Below, piece after piece: positions 37,303-46,576 of a stretch of 54,907 nt of DNA. The notes beneath the pieces are model-generated. The model was not told where the DNA came from. It saw nothing but the letters and a program-made list of their open reading frames with translations, and ran no database searches. Source of the stretch: a virus (taxonomy: Duplodnaviria > Caudoviricetes); IMG/VR virus record IMGVR_UViG_3300025012_000108, positions 1 to 54,907 of that record; one strand, given 5' to 3'. A program made the translations under genes and the position numbers. Position 1 is the first letter of the stretch, and each line of letters starts with the position of its first letter.

Positions 37303-37655
37303 CGCGGCAACTCGTTGACAAGGTGGACAACGTTGCGCATGTAGATGTTGATGAAGTACTGTTTCTTAGGGAGCATGAAGCAACGGGAAAGTTTCTGGCA
37401 AAGTGTTACAAGTTTGGCGACCACCCGATAGGCTTTTTCACAGACAAACACTATGCCATTGTGGTCTATTGGGCCAAGTGCGATTACATGACCAGGGAGC
37501 AGTTAACCCTGTTGCTTTGCCACGAAATGATGCACATCCCGCAGTACGGAGACAAACTGGTTGACCACGACGTGAAGGACTTCCGCGCCATCCTTGGGGT
37601 AAGCTTGGATTGGCACGAACCGGGGGCAGAAATCCCTGATATATTGGCGGTTTAG
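37263..37655 (+). CDS. Putative phage metallopeptidase
   Basis: HEMMH plus HDV.DF motif. Confidence 0.75.
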   Translation: MPTFEEAPDLQEIARQLVDKVDNVAHVDVDEVLFLREHEATGKFLAKCYKFGDHPIGFFTDKHYAIVVYWAKCDYMTREQLTLLLCHEMMHIPQYGDKLVDHDVKDFRAILGVSLDWHEPGAEIPDILAV

Positions 37656-38105
37656 ATGGCTGAAATATTGACAGAATATAATCCGACCAAATCCGAGCAG
37701 AAATTGCTTGAGGTCTTGATGAACCCGGCTAACCGGATGAAGTCGGCTACCGATGTTTGTCAGATAGCCGGGATCAGCCGAGAAACCTACTACGCCGCAT
37801 TCGCTAAGGTGGGCTTTAACGCCGTCTATAAGGATATGTCTCTCAAGGTGGTAAAGGCCGCAGTCGCCCCCGTTATCAATGCTTTTGTGCGAGAGGCGCA
37901 GCGTGGCAGTTTCCAGCACGGCAAGATACTACTTGAGATGGCCGACATGTACGCGGAGAAGACCAAGCGTGAAGTGACCGGGGCAGATGGTGGGCCTATC
38001 CAGGCTGAAGTCGTGAACGTGGAGCGCCCACAATTAAGTCGCGAGGAATGGGAAAAACGCCATGGCTTGGACGCCGCAAGCAGGGCCGCAACTAGCGGCG
38101 ATTGA
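37656..38105 (+). CDS. terS: Terminase small subunit
   Basis: HTH (AGISRETYY); EVTGADGGPIQ tail; overlaps TerL. Confidence 0.8.
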   Translation: MAEILTEYNPTKSEQKLLEVLMNPANRMKSATDVCQIAGISRETYYAAFAKVGFNAVYKDMSLKVVKAAVAPVINAFVREAQRGSFQHGKILLEMADMYAEKTKREVTGADGGPIQAEVVNVERPQLSREEWEKRHGLDAASRAATSGD

Positions 38106-39453
38106 CGCCGATTGGTGTGATGAGCTTTTCTATGGTGGGGAACGCGGAGGCGGTAAATCCGACTTTCAGCTAGGATATCAAGAAGATGCCGCGCTGAGAT
38201 ACGAGGGCAAATCGGCCGGTATCATGTTCCGCAAGACCTACACCGAATTAGAAGAACTGCAGATGCGAGCTATGCAGATTTTTCCCGCCTCCGGTGCAGA
38301 CTTCAAGGCCGCGGCCTCTAAGCAATTCCCCTTCTCCAACTGCTGGTACTGGCCCAATGGCGCAACGGTCAAAATGCGCTACATTGAGCGTGAGGCCGAC
38401 TATGGCCGATACCATGGGCATCAATATTCTCACCAAAGTTTCGATGAGATCACGGAGTATCCGAGCCCCGCCGGTTTGCTTAAAATGCTTTCGTGTCTGC
38501 GCAACGCCCACGGTGTGCCATGCAGCGTGAGAAGCACCGGCAACCCTGGAGGCGTCGGTCACGCATGGGTTAAAGCCAGGTATATTGACCCCTCCCCGCC
38601 GTTCACTCCTTACACCGATCCAGATACCGGCTTTGTACGGATGTTCGTACCATCCAAACTTTCAGACAACCAAGCCCTGCTTTCCAAAGACCCGAAATAC
38701 GCCAACAGGATACTAGCGGCCACGGCAGGCAACGAGGTTTTGCGCAAGGCGTGGCTTGAAGGTGCATGGGATATTGTGGCCGGTGCGTTCTTCTCTTCGT
38801 GGAACGGCAAACTGCATGTTGTGCAGCCGTGCGAACTCCCGGCACACTGGACCCGCTTTCGCTCTTTTGACTGGGGCAGCGCAAAGCCCTTTTCTGTTGG
38901 ATGGTGGGCTGTTTCTGATGGAGAGTTGCGCCAGTTCCCACGGGGCGCGATTATCCGTTACCGGGAATGGTACGGAATGGAGACGCCAAACGTCGGCCTA
39001 AAAATGAGCGCCGAGGCCGTAGCCGCTGGTATTAAGCGCAGGGAAGAGAACGACAAGATAGCTTATGGCGTTGCCGATCCTGCCATATTTACCGCTGATG
39101 GTGGGCCATCGATAGCGCAGTCAATGACGCCACTTGTCTACTGGAAACCAGCCGACAACAAGAGGCAACCTGGATGGGCGCAGTTGAATAGCCGTCTGAT
39201 CGGGATAGACGGCAAGCCCATGATTTACTTCTTCAACACCTGTATTGACACCATTCGCACCCTGCCCGTACAGCAGCATGACAAGCACAAATTGGAAGAC
39301 ATTGACACCGATGGCGAAGATCACGCGGTCGATGAGGTTCGGTATGCCTGCATGTCCCGCCCATGGATAGCGCCCAAAGACCTGACCAGTACGAAGCTCA
39401 AGGACTACTCCCCCGTTGATGACGATGATGAGGAGGGGTGGAAGACGGCGTGA
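38062..39453 (+). CDS. terL: Terminase large subunit
   Basis: W.PQ.GPQ; YGG.RGGGKS; FDE; TGNPGGVGH.WVK; DWG..KPF; EDH..D..RY. Confidence 0.95.
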   Translation: MAWTPQAGPQLAAIDADWCDELFYGGERGGGKSDFQLGYQEDAALRYEGKSAGIMFRKTYTELEELQMRAMQIFPASGADFKAAASKQFPFSNCWYWPNGATVKMRYIEREADYGRYHGHQYSHQSFDEITEYPSPAGLLKMLSCLRNAHGVPCSVRSTGNPGGVGHAWVKARYIDPSPPFTPYTDPDTGFVRMFVPSKLSDNQALLSKDPKYANRILAATAGNEVLRKAWLEGAWDIVAGAFFSSWNGKLHVVQPCELPAHWTRFRSFDWGSAKPFSVGWWAVSDGELRQFPRGAIIRYREWYGMETPNVGLKMSAEAVAAGIKRREENDKIAYGVADPAIFTADGGPSIAQSMTPLVYWKPADNKRQPGWAQLNSRLIGIDGKPMIYFFNTCIDTIRTLPVQQHDKHKLEDIDTDGEDHAVDEVRYACMSRPWIAPKDLTSTKLKDYSPVDDDDEEGWKTA

Positions 39454-39464
39454 CCAAATAAGTG

Positions 39465-39521
39465 TTTACTATGCACGGCTTTTGGTGTATAATTGCCTCA
39501 TAATTTACGCCTTGCCTCATA
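39465..39521 (+). promoter_or_regulatory. Moron promoter with TTGCCTCATA direct-repeat operator
   Basis: TTTACT-17-TATAAT; repeats at 39493-39502 and 39512-39521. Confidence 0.75.
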
Positions 39522-39531
39522 GGAGAACACC

Positions 39532-39687
39532 ATGCCACGCAGAAATATCACCCTCAGTTCCCGCCACGACAAGATTCTAACATCCCTTTCCTCAAAGCTC
39601 GACATTTCCATGACTGAAACGATGCAACGGGCGCTGGAACTCCTTGAAGAAAAGGATGCGCAGCGGGACAAGGAGGTTGGGAAATGA
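39532..39687 (+). CDS. Ribbon-helix-helix protein (51 aa), paralog 2
   Basis: MPRRNITLSSRHDKIL...SMTETMQRALELLEEKDAQRDKEVGK; translated by hand. Confidence 0.8.
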   Translation: MPRRNITLSSRHDKILTSLSSKLDISMTETMQRALELLEEKDAQRDKEVGK

Positions 39688-40274
39688 TCAGACCTAGGTT
39701 TAGCCACTTGGCAGACATTATCTACAGGAAATACCCCATAGAGAAGATGGCAGGAATCGCGGTGGAAATAGAAAAAAATCTGCCTGACTTTGCGGAAGCT
39801 TTTAATCTTTACTTTGCGCTTGAAAGTGCGTCAATGTCTGCGCCCAATCAGAGCAAAAAAGGCACCGTCTACTTTATGAGGGATACCCTTAGTGGCGAAG
39901 TCAAAATCGGTTTCTCTGATGGCAGAGTGTGGGGCAGAGCTAAATACCACGCCAACCACGGCGAACGCGGCATTGAAACGCTTCTGCAGATCGGCGGGAC
40001 TTATGCGGATGAAACCAAGTTCCATGAGATGTTCAAACCTCACAACATCAAAGGTGAGTGGTACAAAGGGACTGACGAAGTCCTTGATGCTATCAAGGCG
40101 ATGGGTTCCGCCGTCCAAGAAAACCCTGGGATGGGGATGGCAGATATCATGATAGCCGCAGGGTGGAAACTGTTCTTTTGGAAAAGAGAGGCCGAGTGTT
40201 ACAGGGAACTCTTTGCGCGGCACTCAGCACAACCCCGCCCCGAGCTAAAGATACTAGCAGGCGGGAAATCCTAA
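39684..40274 (+). CDS. T5orf172/GIY-YIG-superfamily domain protein
   Basis: GTVYF.......VKIGFS...R; E..FH..F......GEW. Confidence 0.75.
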   Translation: MIRPRFSHLADIIYRKYPIEKMAGIAVEIEKNLPDFAEAFNLYFALESASMSAPNQSKKGTVYFMRDTLSGEVKIGFSDGRVWGRAKYHANHGERGIETLLQIGGTYADETKFHEMFKPHNIKGEWYKGTDEVLDAIKAMGSAVQENPGMGMADIMIAAGWKLFFWKREAECYRELFARHSAQPRPELKILAGGKS

Positions 40275-40314
40275 TGATAGAGCGGCCTAAACTGGACCAC
40301 ACAAAGGGGGAGAG

Positions 40315-41291
40315 ATGAGCGAGATTAGGCAAGCCATCACTGCTGATCTTTCTTGCGCCATGGGCAAAGGCCGCGACGAAATCATTCTTACCGCCATCAG
40401 AAATGTGAGCGCGACGGATCACTTGATTCAGAAAGCAATTGCCAAAGATGGCAGAGTATTCTCGCCTGAACTCTTAGAGTCTATAGCACAAAGAGGACGG
40501 TTTGAGATATATCCCGACAAAACCGAAACATTCTTTTGGGACAACAAGCCGCTTATCCAGTTCATGCCGATGGAAATCAAGTATGAGGGGAACAACATCA
40601 GTGCAAGTCAACCCTACCGTTTGATTGTGGCCGACAGCATAAAGGAGGGGTGCGAGAAATGATAATTGCTTTTGTGCTGGAAACGGCGGTCGGCCTGTGT
40701 GTCGCTGTTGCTACATCGGTGGTTATTGCCCCCGTCATGTTCAAATATCTTCATAGGATAACTTGGCGCGAACTTTGGGACGTGGTGAAAGCTACAGATT
40801 TGCGGGGATAACACAGGGAGGGTGCGAGAAATGAGCTTTAACTGGAAACTGATGAACGTGAGAAGGGCCAAACTGGCTTCGCACTCATTCGTAGCTTTTC
40901 GGCCTGGAGAAAACCCGTTCATCATCGGGGCTGCAATGGTGGTCCCGTCGCCAGGGATGGCTGAGCGGCTGTGCTTCCACGTTATATATGATGACGGCAA
41001 AACTGATTACATCCCACTGGAGAGCTTGACGGATGGCACGTACACAGCGGAGGGCGAATGAGAAAGCCTAGATACCTGAGAGCAGAGGTGAAAAAGCGAA
41101 GGGACCGGGAGAAAGTCCGCGCCTTTTACGGCGGCTTGCAATGGACGCCAAATCAAGTAGGGAAGATAAAGGAGCGCATCAAGGTTAACGGAGGGTTTGA
41201 CCTTTACCGGATAGAAGACCCGTTTAGGATGGGGAGAGATTGCGCACCGCCACCAGAAGGTATCGAACGACTCAACACTTGCCGCAGATAA
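40315..41291 (+). other. Small hypothetical CDSs between terL and portal (40315-40662, about 40831-41061, 41058-41291)
   Basis: RBS-led ORFs. Confidence 0.6.
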
Positions 41292-41513
41292 AAACCCTTG
41301 ACTAATTAGAATCATCGTGGTACTTCCACATTAACTCCCTCCCCTTTAAACATGGTGACAGCCCTTCATCGGGCATTTCGGGCGCGAATAGGATTTGTAC
41401 AGTCTGCGCTTCCATTGCCGGTATGAATGGGTGCATGGCTCACCGGCACAGTTTCAAACAAGGCACCTTGCCACTAGCATCAACGGCGTGACCGCACAAG
41501 CGGGAGTAAAAAA

Positions 41514-43385
41514 TTGGCTGAAACTCTCACCCTCACTCAAGCCGTGGAGTTCTTCGAGCAAGCCGAGGAACTGTCCTACGACTCCCGCACGACGGCCGAA
41601 CGCTGCCGCGACTACTACGACCACAAGCAATGGACGGCCAAAGAGAAAGCCATCCTTGCCGAGCGTAACCAACCCCCCGTAACCCGTAACCGCATCAAGC
41701 CCAAGGTTGATTTTCTCAAGGGGATGGAAACCCAGACCCGCACCGACCCCAAGGCATTCCCCCGCACCCCTGGCGACGATGATGCAGCATCCGCTGCGAC
41801 CGACGCCATCCGTTTTGTTTGTGACTCCAACAAATTCACCGATACCAAATCCGGGTGCTTTGATAACTTGACCGTGGAGGGGGTTTGCGGCGTTGAGGTC
41901 TACGCCAAGCCTGGCCGGGGCAAGGATATTGACGTTTGTATCCGGCGCTTCCAGTGGGACCGTCTGTTCTGGGACGCTCACAGCAGGGAGAAAGATTTCA
42001 GCGATACCCGCTATCGTGGTGCTGTCATTTGGATGGACTTTGAGGAAGCCGTTGACCGCTACCCCGGAAAGCGTGAAGCATTAGCGTCCACCCTTGCCAA
42101 CGAAGGGACCATCTCCAGCACCTATGATGACACTCCCCGGCTCAGATGGGCCGATGACAAGCGCAAGCGGGTCCGTGTGGTCAAATTGGAGTTCAAGCGC
42201 GGGGAGCAGGTTTACACCTGTGAGTTCACCAAGGGCGGCTTTCTCGTTGATCCCGAGCCGTCGCCCTACGTGGATGAGAACGGCATCCCCGAATGGTCGA
42301 TCCTGCTCCAGTCGGCGCACGTTGACCGTGAGGGGAACCGTTATGGGTGGGTCCAGGCGTGGCTTGACCTTCAGGACGAGATCAACAAGAGGGCCAGTAA
42401 AGGGCTGCACCTTGCGTCTGTGCGCCAGACATTTGGGACCAAGGGTGCCGTTCAGGACGTGAACAAAGCTAAAAAGGAACTGGCAAAGCCTAACGGCCAC
42501 CTTGAAGTGGAAATGGGGGAGTTTGGGAAAGACTTTGGCATTCTCCCCACTGGCGACCTTGCCGCCGCTCAGTTCAGCATGCTTCAGGAGGCGAAGCAGG
42601 AGATTGACAGCGTAGGGGTCAACGCCGCGCTTGCTGGCTCCGACCAGCGGGGATTGAGCGGCAAGGCCATCGGCAGGTTGCAGCAGGGCGGCAGCACCGA
42701 GATAAAGCCCCTTCTTGACTGCCTTGCCTCCTTCAACAACCAAGTATACCGCGCCGTCTGGAACCGCATCAAACAGTTCTGGACTGCCGAGAAGTGGGTC
42801 CGCGTCACGGATGATGAAAATAACCTGAAATGGGTAGGGCTGAATCAGCCGATTACCTTGGGCCAGCAGCTTCAGGAGGAAATGGGCGAGTTGCCCCCTG
42901 AGTTCGCCAATGACCCACGTCTCAATCAGGTTGTTGAGGTCAAGAACGAAGTCGCCAAGATCGACGTTGATATCATCATCGATGAGGTGCCGGACACCAT
43001 CACCGTCATGCAAGAGCAGTTTGACGCTCTCACCGCCATATTCCCCGCTATTCCCGACATGCAGAAACCGGCCATGCTGGAAATGCTCATCGAGTCGTCC
43101 TCTCTCCGCAACAAGTCAAAAATACTTGAGCGGCTGAAAGGTGGCGACCAGCAAGACCCCGCAGCGCAGCAACAGGCGCAGGCCGCGCAGGAAGCCCAAA
43201 TGCAGCAGATGCAAGCGCAGATGGAGCAGATGAGCGCCAACCTTGAGAAAACGCAGAGTGAGACGGAGAAGAACCGCGCGGCCTCGCTGAAGAGCATGGC
43301 GGAAGCGGAGAGCCTAGTCAATCAACCGCAGATGACCGAGCAACAGATGATGTTAGCCGGTCAGACGGATGGAATGCAAATCTGA
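41514..43385 (+). CDS. Portal protein (P22-like)
   Basis: DYYD..QWT....L..R.QP....NRIKPK; RYG.V....D.QDEINKR.SK; SG.A; Gln-rich barrel tail; TTG start. Confidence 0.93.
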   Translation: MAETLTLTQAVEFFEQAEELSYDSRTTAERCRDYYDHKQWTAKEKAILAERNQPPVTRNRIKPKVDFLKGMETQTRTDPKAFPRTPGDDDAASAATDAIRFVCDSNKFTDTKSGCFDNLTVEGVCGVEVYAKPGRGKDIDVCIRRFQWDRLFWDAHSREKDFSDTRYRGAVIWMDFEEAVDRYPGKREALASTLANEGTISSTYDDTPRLRWADDKRKRVRVVKLEFKRGEQVYTCEFTKGGFLVDPEPSPYVDENGIPEWSILLQSAHVDREGNRYGWVQAWLDLQDEINKRASKGLHLASVRQTFGTKGAVQDVNKAKKELAKPNGHLEVEMGEFGKDFGILPTGDLAAAQFSMLQEAKQEIDSVGVNAALAGSDQRGLSGKAIGRLQQGGSTEIKPLLDCLASFNNQVYRAVWNRIKQFWTAEKWVRVTDDENNLKWVGLNQPITLGQQLQEEMGELPPEFANDPRLNQVVEVKNEVAKIDVDIIIDEVPDTITVMQEQFDALTAIFPAIPDMQKPAMLEMLIESSSLRNKSKILERLKGGDQQDPAAQQQAQAAQEAQMQQMQAQMEQMSANLEKTQSETEKNRAASLKSMAEAESLVNQPQMTEQQMMLAGQTDGMQI

Positions 43386-43422
43386 AGTAACACCTTCACC
43401 GACCATAAAAGGAGCAACTAAA

Positions 43423-43815
43423 ATGAAAAAGATTACCTCCCTGCTGATGCTGTTCGCATTGGTCCTGACCGCCGCATTGGTCTACGCTGGCAACGTTCAC
43501 CGTGACGGCGACGGGGTAGCGATGCCCGACACCTTCGCCCCGGTCAAGACCCGCAGTCTGACCCACACCAAGGCTGACAAGACCTACACCCCGACCGCTG
43601 GCACCAAAAAGGTACGCATCAACCCGACCGGTGCAGTGTTCGCCAAACTTTCCAGCGCGGTCAACAATAAGGACACTGTCGGCTTCCCCCTGGCCGCGAA
43701 TGCTACCGCTGAGATGGGCGTTGCGACCCGCACCGGAGCTGGCGCGGCTGTTTCGGCCATTGTCTTCAGCGGCCTGAGCTCCGCGACCAAGACCATTTAC
43801 ATCCAGGAGCAGTAA
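43423..43815 (+). CDS. Secreted/virion-type beta-rich protein with signal peptide
   Basis: MKKITSLLMLFALVLTAALVYA; AAGGAG RBS. Confidence 0.7.
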   Translation: MKKITSLLMLFALVLTAALVYAGNVHRDGDGVAMPDTFAPVKTRSLTHTKADKTYTPTAGTKKVRINPTGAVFAKLSSAVNNKDTVGFPLAANATAEMGVATRTGAGAAVSAIVFSGLSSATKTIYIQEQ

Positions 43816-44024
43816 TGACCCGGCACGAGATAGACAACAACTTCCGCTACCACGCGCCGAAGGATGACCAGCCCAAACGCTACGAGGCGCTACGCGGCAA
43901 GGCGAAGGAGCTAGCAGAACTCATCAACGAGCTGTGCCCCGACAGCCGGGAAAAGTCCATCGCCATCACCAACCTTGAGCAGTGCAGCATGTGGTCCAAT
44001 GCTTCCATTGCTCGTAACGAGTAG
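43815..44024 (+). CDS. Acb2/Tad1-like helical hairpin (candidate cyclic-nucleotide sponge)
   Basis: NFRYHAP...Q..RY...R...ELA..I...CPDSREKSIAIT.LE...MW.NASIAR. Confidence 0.7.
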   Translation: MTRHEIDNNFRYHAPKDDQPKRYEALRGKAKELAELINELCPDSREKSIAITNLEQCSMWSNASIARNE

Positions 44025-44036
44025 AAAGGAACCAGC

Positions 44037-44213
44037 ATGGGCAAGGAATCACGGCAAGCGCGGATTTTGGAAGAGACGCAAGACGCGGCACTCGCTGAAA
44101 TCCGCGAAGCCTTCCGCCAGGACTTCGACCACTTCAAGCAATCGGCATGCAAGCTGCCGTTTCTGAAGCGGCTGGAGTTCTGCTGGAAGATCATGAACCG
44201 CAACCCCAAGTAA
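44037..44213 (+). CDS. Hypothetical protein (58 aa)
   Basis: AAAGGA RBS; translated by hand. Confidence 0.55.
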   Translation: MGKESRQARILEETQDAALAEIREAFRQDFDHFKQSACKLPFLKRLEFCWKIMNRNPK

Positions 44214-44290
44214 GGGGAGCCGTCGCCGGGTAATCGGGCGTGTACTAAAGAGGGTCGCCGCCAACGATCGGGCGCTGAAGGGAGAAGCAA

Positions 44291-45079
44291 ATGGAAGACA
44301 TGGACAGTATTCTTAACCCGCCGCAGGAGCAGGAAACCACCCAAGAGGTGGAAACCGAGCGGGAAGAAACCCACGAAGAGCAAGAGCAGGAAACGGGCGA
44401 GAAAGAGACTCAGGTCGCCGCTGAGACGAAGGAAGAGAAGCAGGAAGAAGCCAAGCCCGACGCCACCGCCGAAGCCGTCCGCGCAGAACTCGCCGCACTG
44501 ACCAAGGAACGCGAACGGCTGCGCACGAAAGAGGCCGCGCTGGAAGCCGAAAGGGAACGCCTCAAACAGCCCGTTCAGGAAGAGGAGAAGCCCGACTTTT
44601 GGGACAACCCCGAGGCGCAACTGACCGCCCTTGAGCAGCGCATGGAGCAAAAGCTGCTCAACGAGCGCCTGAATATCTCCGAAACCTACGCACGCGGGAA
44701 ATACACCGACTTTCAGGAAAAGCTCGATGTGTTCGCCGGGATGATCCAAGAAGCGCCGGAACTACACCAACGGATGCTGCGCGACCCCAACCCCGCAGAG
44801 TTCGCTTACAAGACCGCCGCCGACAAGTTGAAGGTGGCGAAACTGCAAGAACTTGGCGACCCTGACGAGTTCCGCGCCAAAATCACCGCCGAGCTCGAAA
44901 CCAGCATCCGCACCAAGATCATGGCGGAAATCGAAGCCGAGAAAGCGGCAGAGGTCGAAGCCAAAATCAGGGAAAAGCTCGGCAAGGGCGGCTTCAGCGA
45001 ACAGCGCAGCGTCGGCACCGAACGAACGACAACCAAGACCTTTAGCGGGCCTACGTCTCTGAACAAGATCCTAGCGTAG
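44291..45079 (+). CDS. Capsid scaffolding protein
   Basis: Acidic N-terminus, coiled coil and NPAEFAY; immediately upstream of the capsid gene. Confidence 0.85.
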   Translation: MEDMDSILNPPQEQETTQEVETEREETHEEQEQETGEKETQVAAETKEEKQEEAKPDATAEAVRAELAALTKERERLRTKEAALEAERERLKQPVQEEEKPDFWDNPEAQLTALEQRMEQKLLNERLNISETYARGKYTDFQEKLDVFAGMIQEAPELHQRMLRDPNPAEFAYKTAADKLKVAKLQELGDPDEFRAKITAELETSIRTKIMAEIEAEKAAEVEAKIREKLGKGGFSEQRSVGTERTTTKTFSGPTSLNKILA

Positions 45080-45129
45080 CCCGAGAAGGCCGCAACCTTT
45101 GCCCGAGAACACGGGCCGGGAGATACGAA

Positions 45130-46299
45130 ATGAAACGTCTGCAAGCATTCGTGAGAGGTTTTCTCAACTTTCACGCCATCGTAAGGTCTCCGCTCTGTCT
45201 GCTGTTCGGGACTGAGACCACCGCCGCCGAGCGTGTCACCCAATGGGAAGATACGTTTTTTAAGGAGTATGTCCGCGCCAACCGATACAAGCGGTACATG
45301 GGCACCGACGAAAACGCCATCATCCAGCTCAAGGAGAACCTGACCAAGACGCAGGGTGACGCCATCACCATCAACCTCGTGGGTGCCCTCGACGCCAGTT
45401 CCGGCCCGAACACCGGATCCTCGGCCCTGGTTGGCAATGAAAAGGCACTCCCCAACGACGGGCACAAGATCACTGTTGGCGTGGTCCGCGACGCTGTGAC
45501 CGTTAACGGCATGGAAGAGCAAGCTTCCCCCATCGACATTCGCAACGCCGGCAAGGTGGCACTGAAAGACCTGTCCATGCGCTACATGCGCAACGGCATC
45601 AACGATGCTCTCCACAGCATCAACGGCGTGGTCTACGGCTCCGCGACCGAGACTCAGAAAGACGCATGGCTGGTGGACAACTCCGACCGCGTTCTCTTCG
45701 GGGCATCCAAGGGTAACAACGCCGCCGACGACCACAGCGCAGCCCTCGCCATGATTAACAACACCGACGACAAACTGACTGGCAATGTTGTCTCGCTCAT
45801 CAAGCGCATGGCTCAGACCGCAACCACCGCCAACGGCGACGGCATCCGCCCCCACACCTACGGCGAAGATCAGGAAACCTTCGTCATGTTCGCGCCGGCC
45901 TTTGCCTACCGCGACCTGCGCAACTGGATGGTTGCGAACGGGCACTGGGACACCGCCCTGGAGCGCAGCAAGGACAACCCGCTGTACTCCGGGCCGACTT
46001 CCATCGAATGGGACGGTGTAATCGTCAGGGAGATGCCGGAACTGCCGATCCTGACCGGCGTAGGCGCGGACGGCATCAACGTTGCCCCTTGCTTCCTGTG
46101 CGGGGCGCAAGCACTCGGCATCGCATGGGCCAAGAGGACCAAGACCACCGTCAAGAAAGAGGACGACTACGAGTTCTCGCACGGTGTGGGTTTCATGGAA
46201 ATCCGGGGCACCAACAAGATCCAGTGGGGCCAGGGTGGCGCTAACGCCATCGACTGGGCCGTAGCGACCTGCTACGTGGCTGGCGTGGCTGACGCGTAA
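45130..46299 (+). CDS. Major capsid protein (N4-gp56/DUF4043-like)
   Basis: YMG..EN.IIQ....L.K..GD.I...L; L.GNE.AL; NPL..G....DGVIV.E; LCGAQALG.AW. Confidence 0.9.
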   Translation: MKRLQAFVRGFLNFHAIVRSPLCLLFGTETTAAERVTQWEDTFFKEYVRANRYKRYMGTDENAIIQLKENLTKTQGDAITINLVGALDASSGPNTGSSALVGNEKALPNDGHKITVGVVRDAVTVNGMEEQASPIDIRNAGKVALKDLSMRYMRNGINDALHSINGVVYGSATETQKDAWLVDNSDRVLFGASKGNNAADDHSAALAMINNTDDKLTGNVVSLIKRMAQTATTANGDGIRPHTYGEDQETFVMFAPAFAYRDLRNWMVANGHWDTALERSKDNPLYSGPTSIEWDGVIVREMPELPILTGVGADGINVAPCFLCGAQALGIAWAKRTKTTVKKEDDYEFSHGVGFMEIRGTNKIQWGQGGANAIDWAVATCYVAGVADA

Positions 46300-46308
46300 C
46301 CAACAACG

Positions 46309-46336
46309 GCGGGGTAGGGGCGACTCTACCCCGCTT
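46309..46336 (+). terminator. Strong hairpin after the capsid gene (terminator or mRNA stabiliser)
   Basis: GCGGGGTAGGG GCGA CTCTACCCCGC with a weak T tail. Confidence 0.55.
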
Positions 46337-46351
46337 CACTAAGGAGCAGCC

Positions 46352-46567
46352 ATGAAGTTTAGATACCTTGGCGAGAAAGACAACATGCAGGTTTTCGGCT
46401 ACGACTTCCGCGACGGGGCCACCCCGGAAGTGACCGACGAAAACGCCGTTAAGCGTCTCAGCGGCAACAGGTTCTTTGAAGTGGTTGAGGAAGAGGACCA
46501 GGGCGAAGAAACCCCGACCGAGAAGAAGAAACCCGGCAGGAAGCCCAAAGCCGACCAGTCAGAGTAA
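46352..46567 (+). CDS. Small hypothetical protein
   Basis: AAGGAG RBS. Confidence 0.7.
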   Translation: MKFRYLGEKDNMQVFGYDFRDGATPEVTDENAVKRLSGNRFFEVVEEEDQGEETPTEKKKPGRKPKADQSE

Positions 46568-46576
46568 GGAGCGCCC

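Noticed and set aside
44806-46182. Long minus-strand ORFs (also 42081-43013, 43880-44749, 52653-53402)
   Set aside because: They are antisense shadows of strongly codon-biased structural genes, with no RBS or recognisable motifs.
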